From Thermoanaerobaculia bacterium (GTDB lineage Bacteria > Acidobacteriota > Thermoanaerobaculia > Multivoradales > J023), in NCBI GenBank assembly GCA_030431255.1, contig JAUIJL010000006.1, positions 155,850 through 219,849 of the forward strand: a DNA stretch of 64,000 bases. The letters are read 5' to 3'. The notes under the pieces are model-generated. The model was given only the letters and a program-made list of their open reading frames with translations. It ran no database searches and had not been told where the DNA came from. This document shows positions 1-9,818 of this stretch, piece after piece; the first letter of the stretch is position 1, and every line of letters starts with the position of its first letter. Made by a program: the position numbers and the translations under genes.

Positions 1-1
1 C

Positions 2-1192
2 GGCTGCCATTGGTGGGCTTGGTCGGCCCTTTCCGGCATGGAAATCCTATTGTTCTCGAATTTGGCGATTTGGGGTTTGATCCTTCACCAGCGGGAGGCC
101 GACGACGAGCACGCAGCCCCCATTTCCGTCGCCGTGCTGGCCGTCGCATGCTTGGCCCGGCCCGAGGGGCTGTTGCTGTGGGCTCTCGCCGTGGGTGAGC
201 GTATCTTGGACGAACGCGCCCGCTTGTCTCGAACGATGCCCGGACTAGCGGTGGGTCTGATGGTGCTGTCGTCGGTCTTGCTTTACAACATCTGGGTCGG
301 GGGCTCACCCCTGCCGACCACCTTCCATGCCAAGACCCACACCGACTGGGTGTTGGTGCCCAACGCCGGCTATCTGCGATCGGTGCTGAACGTGCTGTGG
401 GACGCCCAGCCGATCCTCAGTCTGTTGGCCCTAGCAGGCGGTATTCGCCTGGCGGCCCATGCCGATGTCCTACGCCCCCCGCGGCTGCTGCCGGTGCTGT
501 GGTTGATCGGCCAACCCCTGGCCTATTCGATCCTCACCTCTCCCCAAGGACCCCAGCCCCTGGGCAACTTCGGCCGCTACTATTTTCCCTTGGTGCCGGT
601 GGTGGTGGTGCTCGGGTTGGCGGCCCTGGAGCCGTTGCTCTCGGCCCCTGCCCTTGCGTTGCGCCGATGGCGATTAAGCTGGACGCCGTTGCTGACGATT
701 CTTCTTCTGACGCCCATGGCGTTTTCGGTCTGGAAAGGGCCTGGTCGATATCTGCAAACCGTGGCCAATGTGGAAGATTCGGACGTCCGGATGGCCCGAT
801 GGCTGCAACAACGGTTGCCCCCCGGCGCCCGCTTGGCGGCCCAAGATATCGGCGCGCTCAAATTCTTCCTACCCGACCATTACTTTGTCGATCTAGCGGG
901 CATCATCACCCCGGAAACCCGACGCATCCTTCACCGGTCCATGCAGGCGAGGTCGGGTGCAAACGGCGGCTCGGAACCTTATTGGGAGCTTCAGCTCGCC
1001 GACTACTTACAACGGTCTCAAGTGGACTACGTGGTGCTCTTCGAGGAGTCCTATCCCGCCTTGAGCCGGAGCCCCGATCTCGGCTTTGCCCGCATGCACC
1101 AGATAGCGATCGAGCGCAACGTCACCATGGCAGGAAAGACCTTGGTGGTGCTGAGGACCCCTTGGAGCCGCGGTCCTCTGCTTCAAGATTGA
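2..1192 (+). CDS. 3' part of a polytopic membrane protein gene (continues upstream of window); possibly the C-terminal/periplasmic part of a GT-C type glycosyltransferase
   Basis: Frame is open from pos 2 (first ATG at 38) to the stop at 1192. Several hydrophobic helices (LLWALAV.., VLWLIGQPLAYSIL.., LVPVVVVLGLAAL..) are followed by a charged soluble tail. No family-specific motif recognised. Confidence 0.45.
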   Translation, partial: GCHWWAWSALSGMEILLFSNLAIWGLILHQREADDEHAAPISVAVLAVACLARPEGLLLWALAVGERILDERARLSRTMPGLAVGLMVLSSVLLYNIWVGGSPLPTTFHAKTHTDWVLVPNAGYLRSVLNVLWDAQPILSLLALAGGIRLAAHADVLRPPRLLPVLWLIGQPLAYSILTSPQGPQPLGNFGRYYFPLVPVVVVLGLAALEPLLSAPALALRRWRLSWTPLLTILLLTPMAFSVWKGPGRYLQTVANVEDSDVRMARWLQQRLPPGARLAAQDIGALKFFLPDHYFVDLAGIITPETRRILHRSMQARSGANGGSEPYWELQLADYLQRSQVDYVVLFEESYPALSRSPDLGFARMHQIAIERNVTMAGKTLVVLRTPWSRGPLLQD

Positions 1193-1229
1193 ATCGACCC
1201 TCTTCGACCGCCGTCTTCAGCCCCTGTCT

Positions 1230-3131
1230 TCAACCCCCGTCTTTTCCGAGAATTTTCTCGTCGTTGGCCGCCCAGAAGAGATCCGTCGCCCGGAGATGCG
1301 CCAATAAGGTCTGCTCGAGGCGCCGGACCTCGGCTTCGGGAACGGACGAAGCAAGGTTGTCGAGCTCAAGGGGGTCTTGGGAAAGGTCGAAAAGCTGGGT
1401 CGGGCGCAATCCGAAATGATAGACCACCTTTAGATCCCCCTCGCGCAAGCCGGCACAGGTTCGGCTGCCCCAACAGCTGCTCCACACGCGCTCGTGAGGA
1501 ACCGAGTCGAACAGATCCCTTCCCGGCAACGCTCCCTGCCAAGACACGGAAAGCAGGCTCAGGAGGGTAGGCATCAGATCGACGTGATGGCTCAGGCCCT
1601 CCATTCGACGGGCGGGTCCGACCCCGGGACCACGCATCAATAAGGGCACTCTCACCACTTCTTCGTAGGGCACCCAATTGTGCTGCATGCCCACGTGCTC
1701 GCCAAAGGCCTCGCCGTGATCACCGACGACAATAAGAAGTGTGTCCTCCTTTAGCCCCGCGCTCTCCAACCCATGCACGAGCTCGCCCAGGAATCGATCC
1801 TGCTGCCTCAGGGTTTCGCGGTAATAAGCGGGGAATCGGCTGGGGTCCCGATTGATCGGCAGTCCGGGCACGTCGTACGGGTGGTGGGCGGAGGATGTCA
1901 GCAGCGTGAGGAAGAAGGGACCCTCGCCACCTTGCCGGGCCCACTGCAACGCCGGCTCGACCATCGCCCGATCTTCCATCGAGAAATATCCGAGCTTCTG
2001 GAACGGCTCCCGGAACAAGGTCTCCTGAAAGGCCGCGGTCGAGAACCCCATATTTCGCACCAAGACCATGCGGTTCTCAAAGACCTCTTCAGCGCTTTGC
2101 ATGAACGCGGTTCGGTAACCGGCCGCCTCCAACATGGACGGCAGACATTCCAAGGGCCAAGGCCAGCCCGCTACGGCTTCCCGAATATCCAAAACGGATC
2201 GGGGAAAGGTTCCGCAAAGCAGGCCCACCAAAGCTTTCGACGTGTGGGTCACCGACGAGTAGACGGGGTCGAAAACCACCGATTCCCGGGCCAGCTCGGC
2301 CATGGCCGGCAGCTGGCTCCAAACCTGCGGATCAGAGTAGGGCGGCACCACCGCCGCTCCCGTAGATTCGAGGATGACCAACACCACATTGGGGCGAGCC
2401 TCGGCCGAGACCTGCGACTGGGCAGCTACTACCGAAGGTTTTGAATAGCCAGGGACTTGCTCGAGGATCGGCTGGGGGATCGTGGCATAAAGCCGGTCGA
2501 GGTCCGGTGCGGGTTTCACCAGCTCCACGGCCATCGCCCCGGCCAACCCGGCATCCTGCAAGCTATCCGGCATGGGCACGATCGACAGCAAGACTCCCAC
2601 CGCGAGGCAGGCCACGAGACATTTCGGGCCGACCCCTTCGGCACGACGCCTGAGCAGCCAAAAGAGCACCCATGCCATGAGCAGCACCGCGAACGCGACG
2701 GCCATCCGCCAATAGAAAACCGGTCCGATCACCCGCTGAATAATTAACCGCAGCTCTTCGAAATTGAACACGCCGTATTTCACCGTCCGAAAATGCATCC
2801 GCATACCGGTGTGCTCCACATAGCAATGCTCGGCGACACTCAGCGCGTAATAGCCGGCGGAGACACCCACAAATAGAGGCCACCACAGCTTGCCGACCAA
2901 GCCAGGAACCGCCGCCAACAGCATGAGCAGCGCCGCCCCCAGACACCAAACCGCCAGCTCGGGCACAAATCCCATGAGGATTTCGAAGCCCCCGAAGGTC
3001 GGCATCATCAGGGTCTTTTCGAGGCGGAAAAGCAATCCGGGCAAAAGCCAAAAACCGCCGACGACACAAACCGCCATGGCACGGAGGCGCCATGCCGGAG
3101 TCTGGAACAGGAACATCGGGCTCGAGCTCAT
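1230..3131 (-). CDS. LtaS/phosphoglycerol-transferase-like membrane-anchored alkaline-phosphatase-superfamily ('sulfatase-like') enzyme
   Basis: N-terminal multi-TM region, then an extracytoplasmic domain with NVVLVILESTG...HTSKALVGLLCG and DHGEAFGEHVGMQHNW, typical of LtaS/MdoB/EptA-type metal-dependent transferases. ORF track starts at 3215; probable ATG start at 3131 (MSSSPMFLF...). Confidence 0.7.
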   Translation of the reverse strand: MSSSPMFLFQTPAWRLRAMAVCVVGGFWLLPGLLFRLEKTLMMPTFGGFEILMGFVPELAVWCLGAALLMLLAAVPGLVGKLWWPLFVGVSAGYYALSVAEHCYVEHTGMRMHFRTVKYGVFNFEELRLIIQRVIGPVFYWRMAVAFAVLLMAWVLFWLLRRRAEGVGPKCLVACLAVGVLLSIVPMPDSLQDAGLAGAMAVELVKPAPDLDRLYATIPQPILEQVPGYSKPSVVAAQSQVSAEARPNVVLVILESTGAAVVPPYSDPQVWSQLPAMAELARESVVFDPVYSSVTHTSKALVGLLCGTFPRSVLDIREAVAGWPWPLECLPSMLEAAGYRTAFMQSAEEVFENRMVLVRNMGFSTAAFQETLFREPFQKLGYFSMEDRAMVEPALQWARQGGEGPFFLTLLTSSAHHPYDVPGLPINRDPSRFPAYYRETLRQQDRFLGELVHGLESAGLKEDTLLIVVGDHGEAFGEHVGMQHNWVPYEEVVRVPLLMRGPGVGPARRMEGLSHHVDLMPTLLSLLSVSWQGALPGRDLFDSVPHERVWSSCWGSRTCAGLREGDLKVVYHFGLRPTQLFDLSQDPLELDNLASSVPEAEVRRLEQTLLAHLRATDLFWAANDEKILGKDGG

Positions 3132-3387
3132 GGCGGCAGTCTCGCAGAATCGGAAACTGCGGGAAACCCCTCCGATTCGACAGCCGACCGGCCACCGAGT
3201 CGGAGATTGCCTCACCGATGCGCCGGTGCTAAAGTGCCGCCGATTAGCCTGCTCTGCTGATTTCGTGTATTTGTCGATTCTAGTCTGGAACTCTTACCGA
3301 AGACCCATACATGCCCCATTGGCCCAGCTCCGCGGACGGTTGCCGACAGCGGCGTCATCCCGCTGAAGTCGGCCGACGAAGCCCGCA

Positions 3388-4605
3388 ATGAACGATCTGA
3401 GCGCCAATCCAGCACAGGGCGACGCCGTCGAGGCGTCCGTCGACACTGCCGCTTCGGCCCCTTCCCAAGAGCCGACTTCGCAAAGGCCGACTTCCCAAGA
3501 GCCGACTTCGCAAAGGCCGACCTGGCCGGAACGGATCAGCTCTTGGTTGAGCAAGCTCCATCCGGAAGAAAAATACGTCATCGCTTTGTCCCTCGTGGGC
3601 ATTCTGGTTTGCCACTTCTTTGGCAAGGGATTCAGCTTTTTCGTCGCCTACGAATATCTGATGATCTTTGCCCGGCACCTGGGGCTGTACTACATGGTCT
3701 CTCGGGTGTTCCTCTTCGTGGGAGAAAATTGGCGACCCACCGGGGCGGCCGGGATCTATTTCCGCCGTTTCTTCTTCGGCCCGATCCGCCCCCGCCACAG
3801 CTATTACGAGGCGGACATCGCGTTCCTCCGGGGTTTCTTCCTGATGTTCGGCGCACTGAGCGTTTACACGAACCTCAAAATTCGTATCCCGTTCATCAAC
3901 GCCTACACGGGCGACGAATTCTTCAAGCAGGTCGACTCCTGGCTCTTCGGCGATCAGCTCTGGCCTTGGCTGACCCAGGTGGTCCGATCTGACCCGGAAT
4001 GGACCAACTTCTTCCAGAATCTCTACTCCCACGACTATATGTACATGGTGATTCTGGTCATGCTGTTCCACATGCGGCGCGATATTTTCGCGATGCGCTG
4101 GTGTTTTGCCTCGGTCGGCGTGCTTTACATCGGCACAATTTTCGTCACCCTCGCCTATCCGTCCCTCGGCCCGTGCTTTTACGCCTGGGAGGAATGGCAA
4201 TGGCTGGCGGACTTGGATCCGCCTCAGATCCACCAAACTCAGTGGAGCCTGGCCCAAACCTTGATTAGCCTGGTGGGCATGGCCGATGTCCAGCCGCGTA
4301 TCGAGGCCCACGCTTTCTACGGCATCGCCGCCTTCCCGAGCCTGCACTGCGGCCACATGATGCTGCTCGTGGTTATCGCTTGGTATCGCTATCGTCTTTA
4401 CACCCTGGTGGCGGCCTCCATGACCTTCCTGACATTCATCGCCACCATGGCCTTCGGTTGGCATTGGGCCGTGGACGGCGTTGCCGGCGCCGCGATTGCG
4501 GTAGTGGTGCCGATCTTCTTGCTGAAGGTCATGCAGAAAGAAGAGGGCGAGGCGTCTTCTTCGCCGGTTTCGGACGCACCCACCGCCGTGGCCGATGCCC
4601 GATGA
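3388..4605 (+). CDS. PAP2_C-type (Aur1/sphingomyelin-synthase-like) lipid phosphotransferase/phosphatase family membrane protein
   Basis: Polytopic membrane protein. C-terminal motifs FPSLHCGH (PSxH-like) and HWAVDGVAGAAI (H-x3-D-V-x2-G) fit the PAP2/PAP2_C C2/C3 motifs. N-terminus carries a perfect 10-aa tandem repeat SQEPTSQRPT x2. Confidence 0.5.
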   Translation: MNDLSANPAQGDAVEASVDTAASAPSQEPTSQRPTSQEPTSQRPTWPERISSWLSKLHPEEKYVIALSLVGILVCHFFGKGFSFFVAYEYLMIFARHLGLYYMVSRVFLFVGENWRPTGAAGIYFRRFFFGPIRPRHSYYEADIAFLRGFFLMFGALSVYTNLKIRIPFINAYTGDEFFKQVDSWLFGDQLWPWLTQVVRSDPEWTNFFQNLYSHDYMYMVILVMLFHMRRDIFAMRWCFASVGVLYIGTIFVTLAYPSLGPCFYAWEEWQWLADLDPPQIHQTQWSLAQTLISLVGMADVQPRIEAHAFYGIAAFPSLHCGHMMLLVVIAWYRYRLYTLVAASMTFLTFIATMAFGWHWAVDGVAGAAIAVVVPIFLLKVMQKEEGEASSSPVSDAPTAVADAR

Positions 4606-6370
4606 TCAAAAGCCGGACGAGCTGGAGCCGGACAAGCTGACACAGGACGAGCTGGAGCCGCATCGTCCCAGGCTCGTCGGCCTCGTACGCGGGCCGCTCA
4701 TCCCCGGGCTGCTCGTTCTCGGGATCCTCGGCTTCGGCTTTGCCAACCTTCACCACTACAACATCACCTGGGACGATGCGCTGGGCGACCTCTTCTACGG
4801 CCAGCGCTATCTGAGCTTTTTCCTGAGCTGGGATCCTGTCTATCTGGACTTTGACGGCGACCCTTATCCGCCGGATCACACTCCCGACCTGAGCGCTTCA
4901 CCGTTTCGAGGACGCCCTTGGGAGTACTATCCGGTGGCCAATACCTTGGCGGCGGCCACCTCGGCCGTGCTCTCGGGCGCCTTGGGATGGATGGACCCAT
5001 TCGACGGATTTCACGCGCTCAATCTCTTCCTTGCCGCGAGCCTGGCGTGGGTTCTGTTCACATTTCTCGAGCGCCGATTCGACGGGGTTGTAGCCCTTGC
5101 GGCCGTGGTGTTTCTATTCGGCTCCCCGCGAATAGTGGCCCACATGATGGCCAACATCAAAGACTTTCCCCTGATGGTGCTGTTCAGCCTAGGAGCCCTG
5201 GCCTTCTATCGGGCCTTCGAGAGCGGATCGGCCCGTGGGCTGTGGCTTTTCGGCGGGCTGCTCGGCTTGGCCCTCGGCACCAAAGCAAATGCCCTCTTCT
5301 TGCCCTTAATCCCTGCCCTGACCCTCTTGCTCGGGGGGGTGCCCGAGGCTTGGCGGGGGAGAGAGGCGCGCCTTTTCTCCACCTTGATCGGCGCCGGCGC
5401 TCTCGGCGTGGTGGTGATGGTCGTCACGTGGCCCTATCTTTGGGGCGATCCTATCGGGGGCTTCTCAGAGCATCTGAAATTCGTGCTCTCCCGAAAGGAG
5501 TCCACCTCCCAGGGCAGTGTGGCGCCGGCTTACGAAGCGATCCTCTACACCACGCCGCCGTTGTTCCTCGTCGCTTTTGCATTGGGCGCCGTGCTTTCCG
5601 TCGGATCCTTGCGCCGAGGGCATCGCCCGCTGCTTTTCCTGTGGGTGTGGATCGCCGCGGTGCTCGGTCGGTACCTGCTGCCCCAGGCGATCAACTACGA
5701 TGGCGTCCGCCATTTCCTGGAGCTCTTTCCGCCCATGGCCGCGATTGGGGCCTACGGGCTCGCTACGGTCGCCGGCCGAGTGGCCACGCCACGGGACCCG
5801 CAGATTCGCTCCCAACATCATCGAGCTCTTTTCGTTAAGCTGGCCTTAGTGCTCCTATTCACCCTGCCCGGGGCCGTGCAAGTCTTCAAGACCCATCCCT
5901 TCCAATTGGCCTATTGGAGCTCATTGGCCGGGGGCTACCCGGGGGCCCGGGCATCGGACCAGCCCCAGGCTTCGGATTATTGGGGTTTGAGCTATCGGCT
6001 CGGCATGCGATGGCTGAACGAAAACGCGGAGCGCGACGCTCTCCTAGCCGTGCCGGTGGTCGAGCATGCCGTGCGACTGGTGGCACCGCAGCGCTTGCGG
6101 TCGGACATCCAGCTGCTGCCGATCACCACGCCGTTTTCGCCCCACATCCAACCGGAGCGGCTACGGCGCACCCTCGAGCTATCTCTGGAACGACCCCTCT
6201 ACGTGATGTTCGTAGAGCGCAGGGATTGGATGAACCCCCTGATGGTGGATTGCTTGCGGCGACTAAAACCCGTCAAGGAATGGCGGCTGGAAGGCGATCC
6301 GATCCTGCAGATCTACCGCTATCAGCCCCCTCGCCGGGGCGAGCGTCTCAGGCAAAGCGGTCAGCCGTAG
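4595..6370 (+). CDS. GT-C fold membrane glycosyltransferase (ArnT/PMT-like, GT39/GT83-type; polyprenyl-phosphate-sugar dependent)
   Basis: About 11 predicted TM helices with an N-terminal extracytoplasmic loop carrying acidic residues (ITWDDALGD). Overall ArnT/PMT_2-like architecture (…GTKANALFLPLIPALTLLLGG…). ATG at 4595 overlaps the upstream stop by 11 nt. Confidence 0.6.
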   Translation: MPDDQKPDELEPDKLTQDELEPHRPRLVGLVRGPLIPGLLVLGILGFGFANLHHYNITWDDALGDLFYGQRYLSFFLSWDPVYLDFDGDPYPPDHTPDLSASPFRGRPWEYYPVANTLAAATSAVLSGALGWMDPFDGFHALNLFLAASLAWVLFTFLERRFDGVVALAAVVFLFGSPRIVAHMMANIKDFPLMVLFSLGALAFYRAFESGSARGLWLFGGLLGLALGTKANALFLPLIPALTLLLGGVPEAWRGREARLFSTLIGAGALGVVVMVVTWPYLWGDPIGGFSEHLKFVLSRKESTSQGSVAPAYEAILYTTPPLFLVAFALGAVLSVGSLRRGHRPLLFLWVWIAAVLGRYLLPQAINYDGVRHFLELFPPMAAIGAYGLATVAGRVATPRDPQIRSQHHRALFVKLALVLLFTLPGAVQVFKTHPFQLAYWSSLAGGYPGARASDQPQASDYWGLSYRLGMRWLNENAERDALLAVPVVEHAVRLVAPQRLRSDIQLLPITTPFSPHIQPERLRRTLELSLERPLYVMFVERRDWMNPLMVDCLRRLKPVKEWRLEGDPILQIYRYQPPRRGERLRQSGQP

Positions 6371-7230
6371 ACGATCCACAGCACGAGCACTCCCCAAAGC
6401 ACGACGTTGACCACGAACGGCACGTCGCTGAGCAAGGCTTCCGTGGGATTGCGCTCTTCGGGTTGTTGGTAGATCAGGTAGAGATAGCGAAAGATGCCGA
6501 AGAGCACCAAGGGGATGGTGTAGATCAGGTTGTCGGTCCCGAAGCGCTCGATGGTGCCCTGGTCCACGCAGTAGAGGGCGTAAGACACCACGGTCGACGC
6601 GGTCACCACATTGATCATCTGATCGAGAAAGGCTGGGCTGTAGTGGCTCAACACCGAGCGATGGCTGGCGGCATCACCGGCCAACAGCACCAGCTCGTGG
6701 CGGCGTTTCGAAAAGATCAAGAAGAGGGCCAAGAAGATGCTGCACAGGAGGAGCCACTTGGACACTTCCACGTCGATCGCCGCGCCACCGGCCATCACCC
6801 GCAGAACATAACCGCTCGACACCGCCATCACGTCGAGGATGACCTTGCGCTTCAGCCAGCTCGAATAGAGCAAGTTGATGACGATATAGACCGCGAGAAT
6901 CGCCAAGAAGACCAGATTCAGGCTGAAGGAGATGGCCATGGCCAACAAGCCGAGCACCACCGCGGCCCCGGTCGCGACCGGCACCGGCAACGCTCCGGAA
7001 GCAATGGGGCGATTTTTTTTGAGGGGATGGAGGCGGTCGTCCTCCCGATCTCGCAGGTCATTGACCAAATAAATGCAGCTGGCAGCAAAGCAGAAGGCAA
7101 TGAAGGCCAAAGCCACCTTGATCAACAGGTCAGGGTCCGCCAATTGCTCGGCAAAAACAATCGGGGCCAACACAAAGACATTCTTGACCCATTGAATGGG
7201 CCGCATCGCTTTCATCAACGGCAAGATCAT
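6361..7230 (-). CDS. UbiA-family decaprenyl-phosphate phosphoribosyltransferase-like (DPPR synthase, Rv3806c-like)
   Basis: MILPLMKAMRPIQWVKNVFVLAPIVFA...CIYLVNDLRDREDDRLHPLKKNRPIASGAL is near-colinear with the mycobacterial Rv3806c Asp-rich NDxxDxxxD region. About 9 TM helices. ORF track starts at 7392; the likely start is ATG 7228-7230 (MILPLMK). Confidence 0.8.
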   Translation of the reverse strand: MILPLMKAMRPIQWVKNVFVLAPIVFAEQLADPDLLIKVALAFIAFCFAASCIYLVNDLRDREDDRLHPLKKNRPIASGALPVPVATGAAVVLGLLAMAISFSLNLVFLAILAVYIVINLLYSSWLKRKVILDVMAVSSGYVLRVMAGGAAIDVEVSKWLLLCSIFLALFLIFSKRRHELVLLAGDAASHRSVLSHYSPAFLDQMINVVTASTVVSYALYCVDQGTIERFGTDNLIYTIPLVLFGIFRYLYLIYQQPEERNPTEALLSDVPFVVNVVLWGVLVLWIVYG

Positions 7231-7241
7231 GGGCGTATTAT

Positions 7242-9818
7242 ATGGATCCGATGTCCGTTTCGCCCGACGATCACGCCCAAAAGTCAACCCGGGGCCAGAA
7301 TTTGCGAGCTCGAGCCGCGTCGATCTTGAAGAGCCGATTTGCCCGTTTCTACATGGCCCCGACCTTGTTGGTGATGGCCATGGCCGTTGCACCGCTGGTC
7401 AGCGGCTCGGGAACCCTCTACCACCGTGACGTCCTGGTGAGCCACTACCCGCTGAAAGCGGCGCACGCGCAGGTCATGGCCGACGGCCATTTCATGCCGT
7501 TGATCGACCCCTACCGATCCGGTGGCCAGCCTCTGATGGGCAATCCCAACGCTTTGCCCTTCTATCCCACCAACTTGCTCTATCGAATCGCCGAGCCCCT
7601 TTGGGCCCTCAACGCCCATTTTTGGCTGCATCTCTTGGCGGCGCCCCTGGCTTTGTTTTGGCTCGCCAGGGTTTGGGGGCTGTCTCGACCCGCCGCCTGG
7701 GCAGCGGCATCGACCTACGCCGTCAGTGGCTACGTCCTATCGCTGATGAATCTCTACAACCTGGTGGCGGCCGCGGTTTGGGTGCCCGCCTTTGCCGCGG
7801 CCTGCCTGCGTGCCGGACAAGATCGTCGGGCCGGGCCGTCCGTGGCTATCACCCTCACTTGGACCCTGCTGATCCTCGGGGGTGACCCCATGACCGCCTT
7901 GCTGGGAGGGGTCCTCGGGCTCAGCACCTGGCTTCTGCGCCGACCCGTCCAGGCGCGGGCGGCCACGGTTTCGCTGGTCGTCTCGGTGACCCTGGGCACC
8001 TTGATCGCGGCTCCCATGTGGATCGAGTTTCTCCGCATCTTGCCCTTGTCCTATCGGGGCTATTGGCGTTACTCCGTGGCCACCAGCTTGGCCCAAAGCT
8101 GGAATCCCTGGACCGTGCTCGATTGGATCGTGCCTTTCTTCTTCGGCAATTTGGATTACAACTTTTGGGGCTACTCCTTCTTCGGCGGCAACCCCCCGCT
8201 GCTTTACTCCCTCTTTCCCGGCGTATTGGCGATCGCCCTCGTGCTCGCCGCCGGCCTGCCGGGCCGGTCGAAGGTGATCGTCGAGAGCGCTGCCGATGGA
8301 TCGGGCCCGGGGGAGGCGGAGCAAGAAGAGGAAGCCCCGGGGAAGACCTCGGGGAAGGCCTCGGACGAATCTCCTTCCGAGACCCACTCCACAAAACGGC
8401 TCCAGATTTGGTGTTGGGCCTGGATCGGAGCCGGGGCCTTTGTGGCCGCGGGTTTCTACAACCCGGTGATGCACTGGCTCTACCAGCTACCGGGAGCTTC
8501 GGCCCTCCGCTATCCGGTGAAAGTTTGGATTCTGGTCGCGATCACGGCATCTTTGCTCGCCGGAGTCGGTTTCGAGCGATTTCTGGCCGGGGATCGACGC
8601 CTGAGCCGAATTTTGGGGTTTGCGACCTTGGGCTATGGCCTGCTTTGGGTAGCCCTGATCATTCTTCCGCCTCCCCTGGCCAAGGCCCTCCAAAGCCTCA
8701 ACCCCGAAGTGCTGGCCACCGGGCTCTTCGCGCATCAACGGCTGCAATGGGCGACCACTACGTTCTTTGTGCTCATCGGCTGTCTCGTCCTCTGGTTGAC
8801 GGCTCGCCAAGCCGATCGGCGATCCGCCTTTCACGTCGGCGCGGTGCTTTTGGTGTTACACACCGCCCTCCAGAGCTTCCTCCTCAATCCGCTGATCGCC
8901 ACCGACGAGTCGTCTCATTACACCGGGCTGCCCGAGGTCGCTCGCAGCCTACCGCCCGGATCACGGGTGGCCCACGGCACCTTCAGCGAGATCTTCGGCC
9001 CACGGGACAAGTCGATCTTCCCCAAGCTCCCCGGCACGGAATTTTTCTGGCTGACCCGTGAGGAATTCGCCTCTTTCGCCCATTTTTCGGCGGTTCCCCA
9101 CGGATACCGATTCGAGCTCAATCAAAGCCCGGAAGGTCTCGACTCGTTCTTCAGCCTCGCTCTGGGCAAAGCTTTCAAGAACCTGGACGATCTCTCGCGG
9201 GTTCGCCTGCTGGCCGCGGCGGGAACGGAGCATCTGCTGTTGCCGCGACCGCTGGACGCTTCGGCCGAAGCCCAAGCCACCCTCGTAACCCGGACCCCCG
9301 GCAGCGCATTCGACACCTGGCACTACGCCCTCGAGCGGGTCTTGCCGGAGCACCAGGTGGTGGGGAAGGTCCGCCGGGCGGACGACATGAATCAGGCCCT
9401 GAGCTTGCTGGCGGATCCCGACCTCGACCCCCGCGTCACCGCCGTGCTGCCCGCTCCGGGCCCAGAGCTCGACGGCCCGGGAGGGACCGCCGAGCTGGTC
9501 TCCGAGTCCCTGGAACGCATGGAAGTGACGGTCAGCTCGCCGAGCGGAGGGCTTTTGACCACCCGCCGCGCGTGGCTGCCTATCTACCGAGCCTGGGTCG
9601 ACGGCGAGCCGGCCACCGTGGAGAAGGTCAACATCTACAAGCTCGGTGTCCTCGTGCCGGCCGGAGAGCATTCCGTGGTGATCGCCACGGATCGCCGTCC
9701 CACCCTCGCGGCCGCCGCCACGTCGTTCACGGCACTGGCTTTCGTGCTCTTCTCGGCAGGCCACCGGCGACGCAAGACCCGCCCCGAGTTGGAAACCGAA
9801 GGGCCTGCTGCCCGATGA
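7242..9818 (+). CDS. YfhO-family GT-C membrane glycosyltransferase
   Basis: 858-aa polytopic membrane protein. N-terminal ...SGSGTLYHRDVLVSHYPLK...DPYRSGGQPLMGNPNALPFYPTNLLY matches the conserved YfhO N-terminal region (B. subtilis SHYYPFK...NPY...FYPLNLL); length also matches. Start uncertain (ATG 7242, or 7353 MAPTLLV). Confidence 0.7.
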   Translation: MDPMSVSPDDHAQKSTRGQNLRARAASILKSRFARFYMAPTLLVMAMAVAPLVSGSGTLYHRDVLVSHYPLKAAHAQVMADGHFMPLIDPYRSGGQPLMGNPNALPFYPTNLLYRIAEPLWALNAHFWLHLLAAPLALFWLARVWGLSRPAAWAAASTYAVSGYVLSLMNLYNLVAAAVWVPAFAAACLRAGQDRRAGPSVAITLTWTLLILGGDPMTALLGGVLGLSTWLLRRPVQARAATVSLVVSVTLGTLIAAPMWIEFLRILPLSYRGYWRYSVATSLAQSWNPWTVLDWIVPFFFGNLDYNFWGYSFFGGNPPLLYSLFPGVLAIALVLAAGLPGRSKVIVESAADGSGPGEAEQEEEAPGKTSGKASDESPSETHSTKRLQIWCWAWIGAGAFVAAGFYNPVMHWLYQLPGASALRYPVKVWILVAITASLLAGVGFERFLAGDRRLSRILGFATLGYGLLWVALIILPPPLAKALQSLNPEVLATGLFAHQRLQWATTTFFVLIGCLVLWLTARQADRRSAFHVGAVLLVLHTALQSFLLNPLIATDESSHYTGLPEVARSLPPGSRVAHGTFSEIFGPRDKSIFPKLPGTEFFWLTREEFASFAHFSAVPHGYRFELNQSPEGLDSFFSLALGKAFKNLDDLSRVRLLAAAGTEHLLLPRPLDASAEAQATLVTRTPGSAFDTWHYALERVLPEHQVVGKVRRADDMNQALSLLADPDLDPRVTAVLPAPGPELDGPGGTAELVSESLERMEVTVSSPSGGLLTTRRAWLPIYRAWVDGEPATVEKVNIYKLGVLVPAGEHSVVIATDRRPTLAAAATSFTALAFVLFSAGHRRRKTRPELETEGPAAR

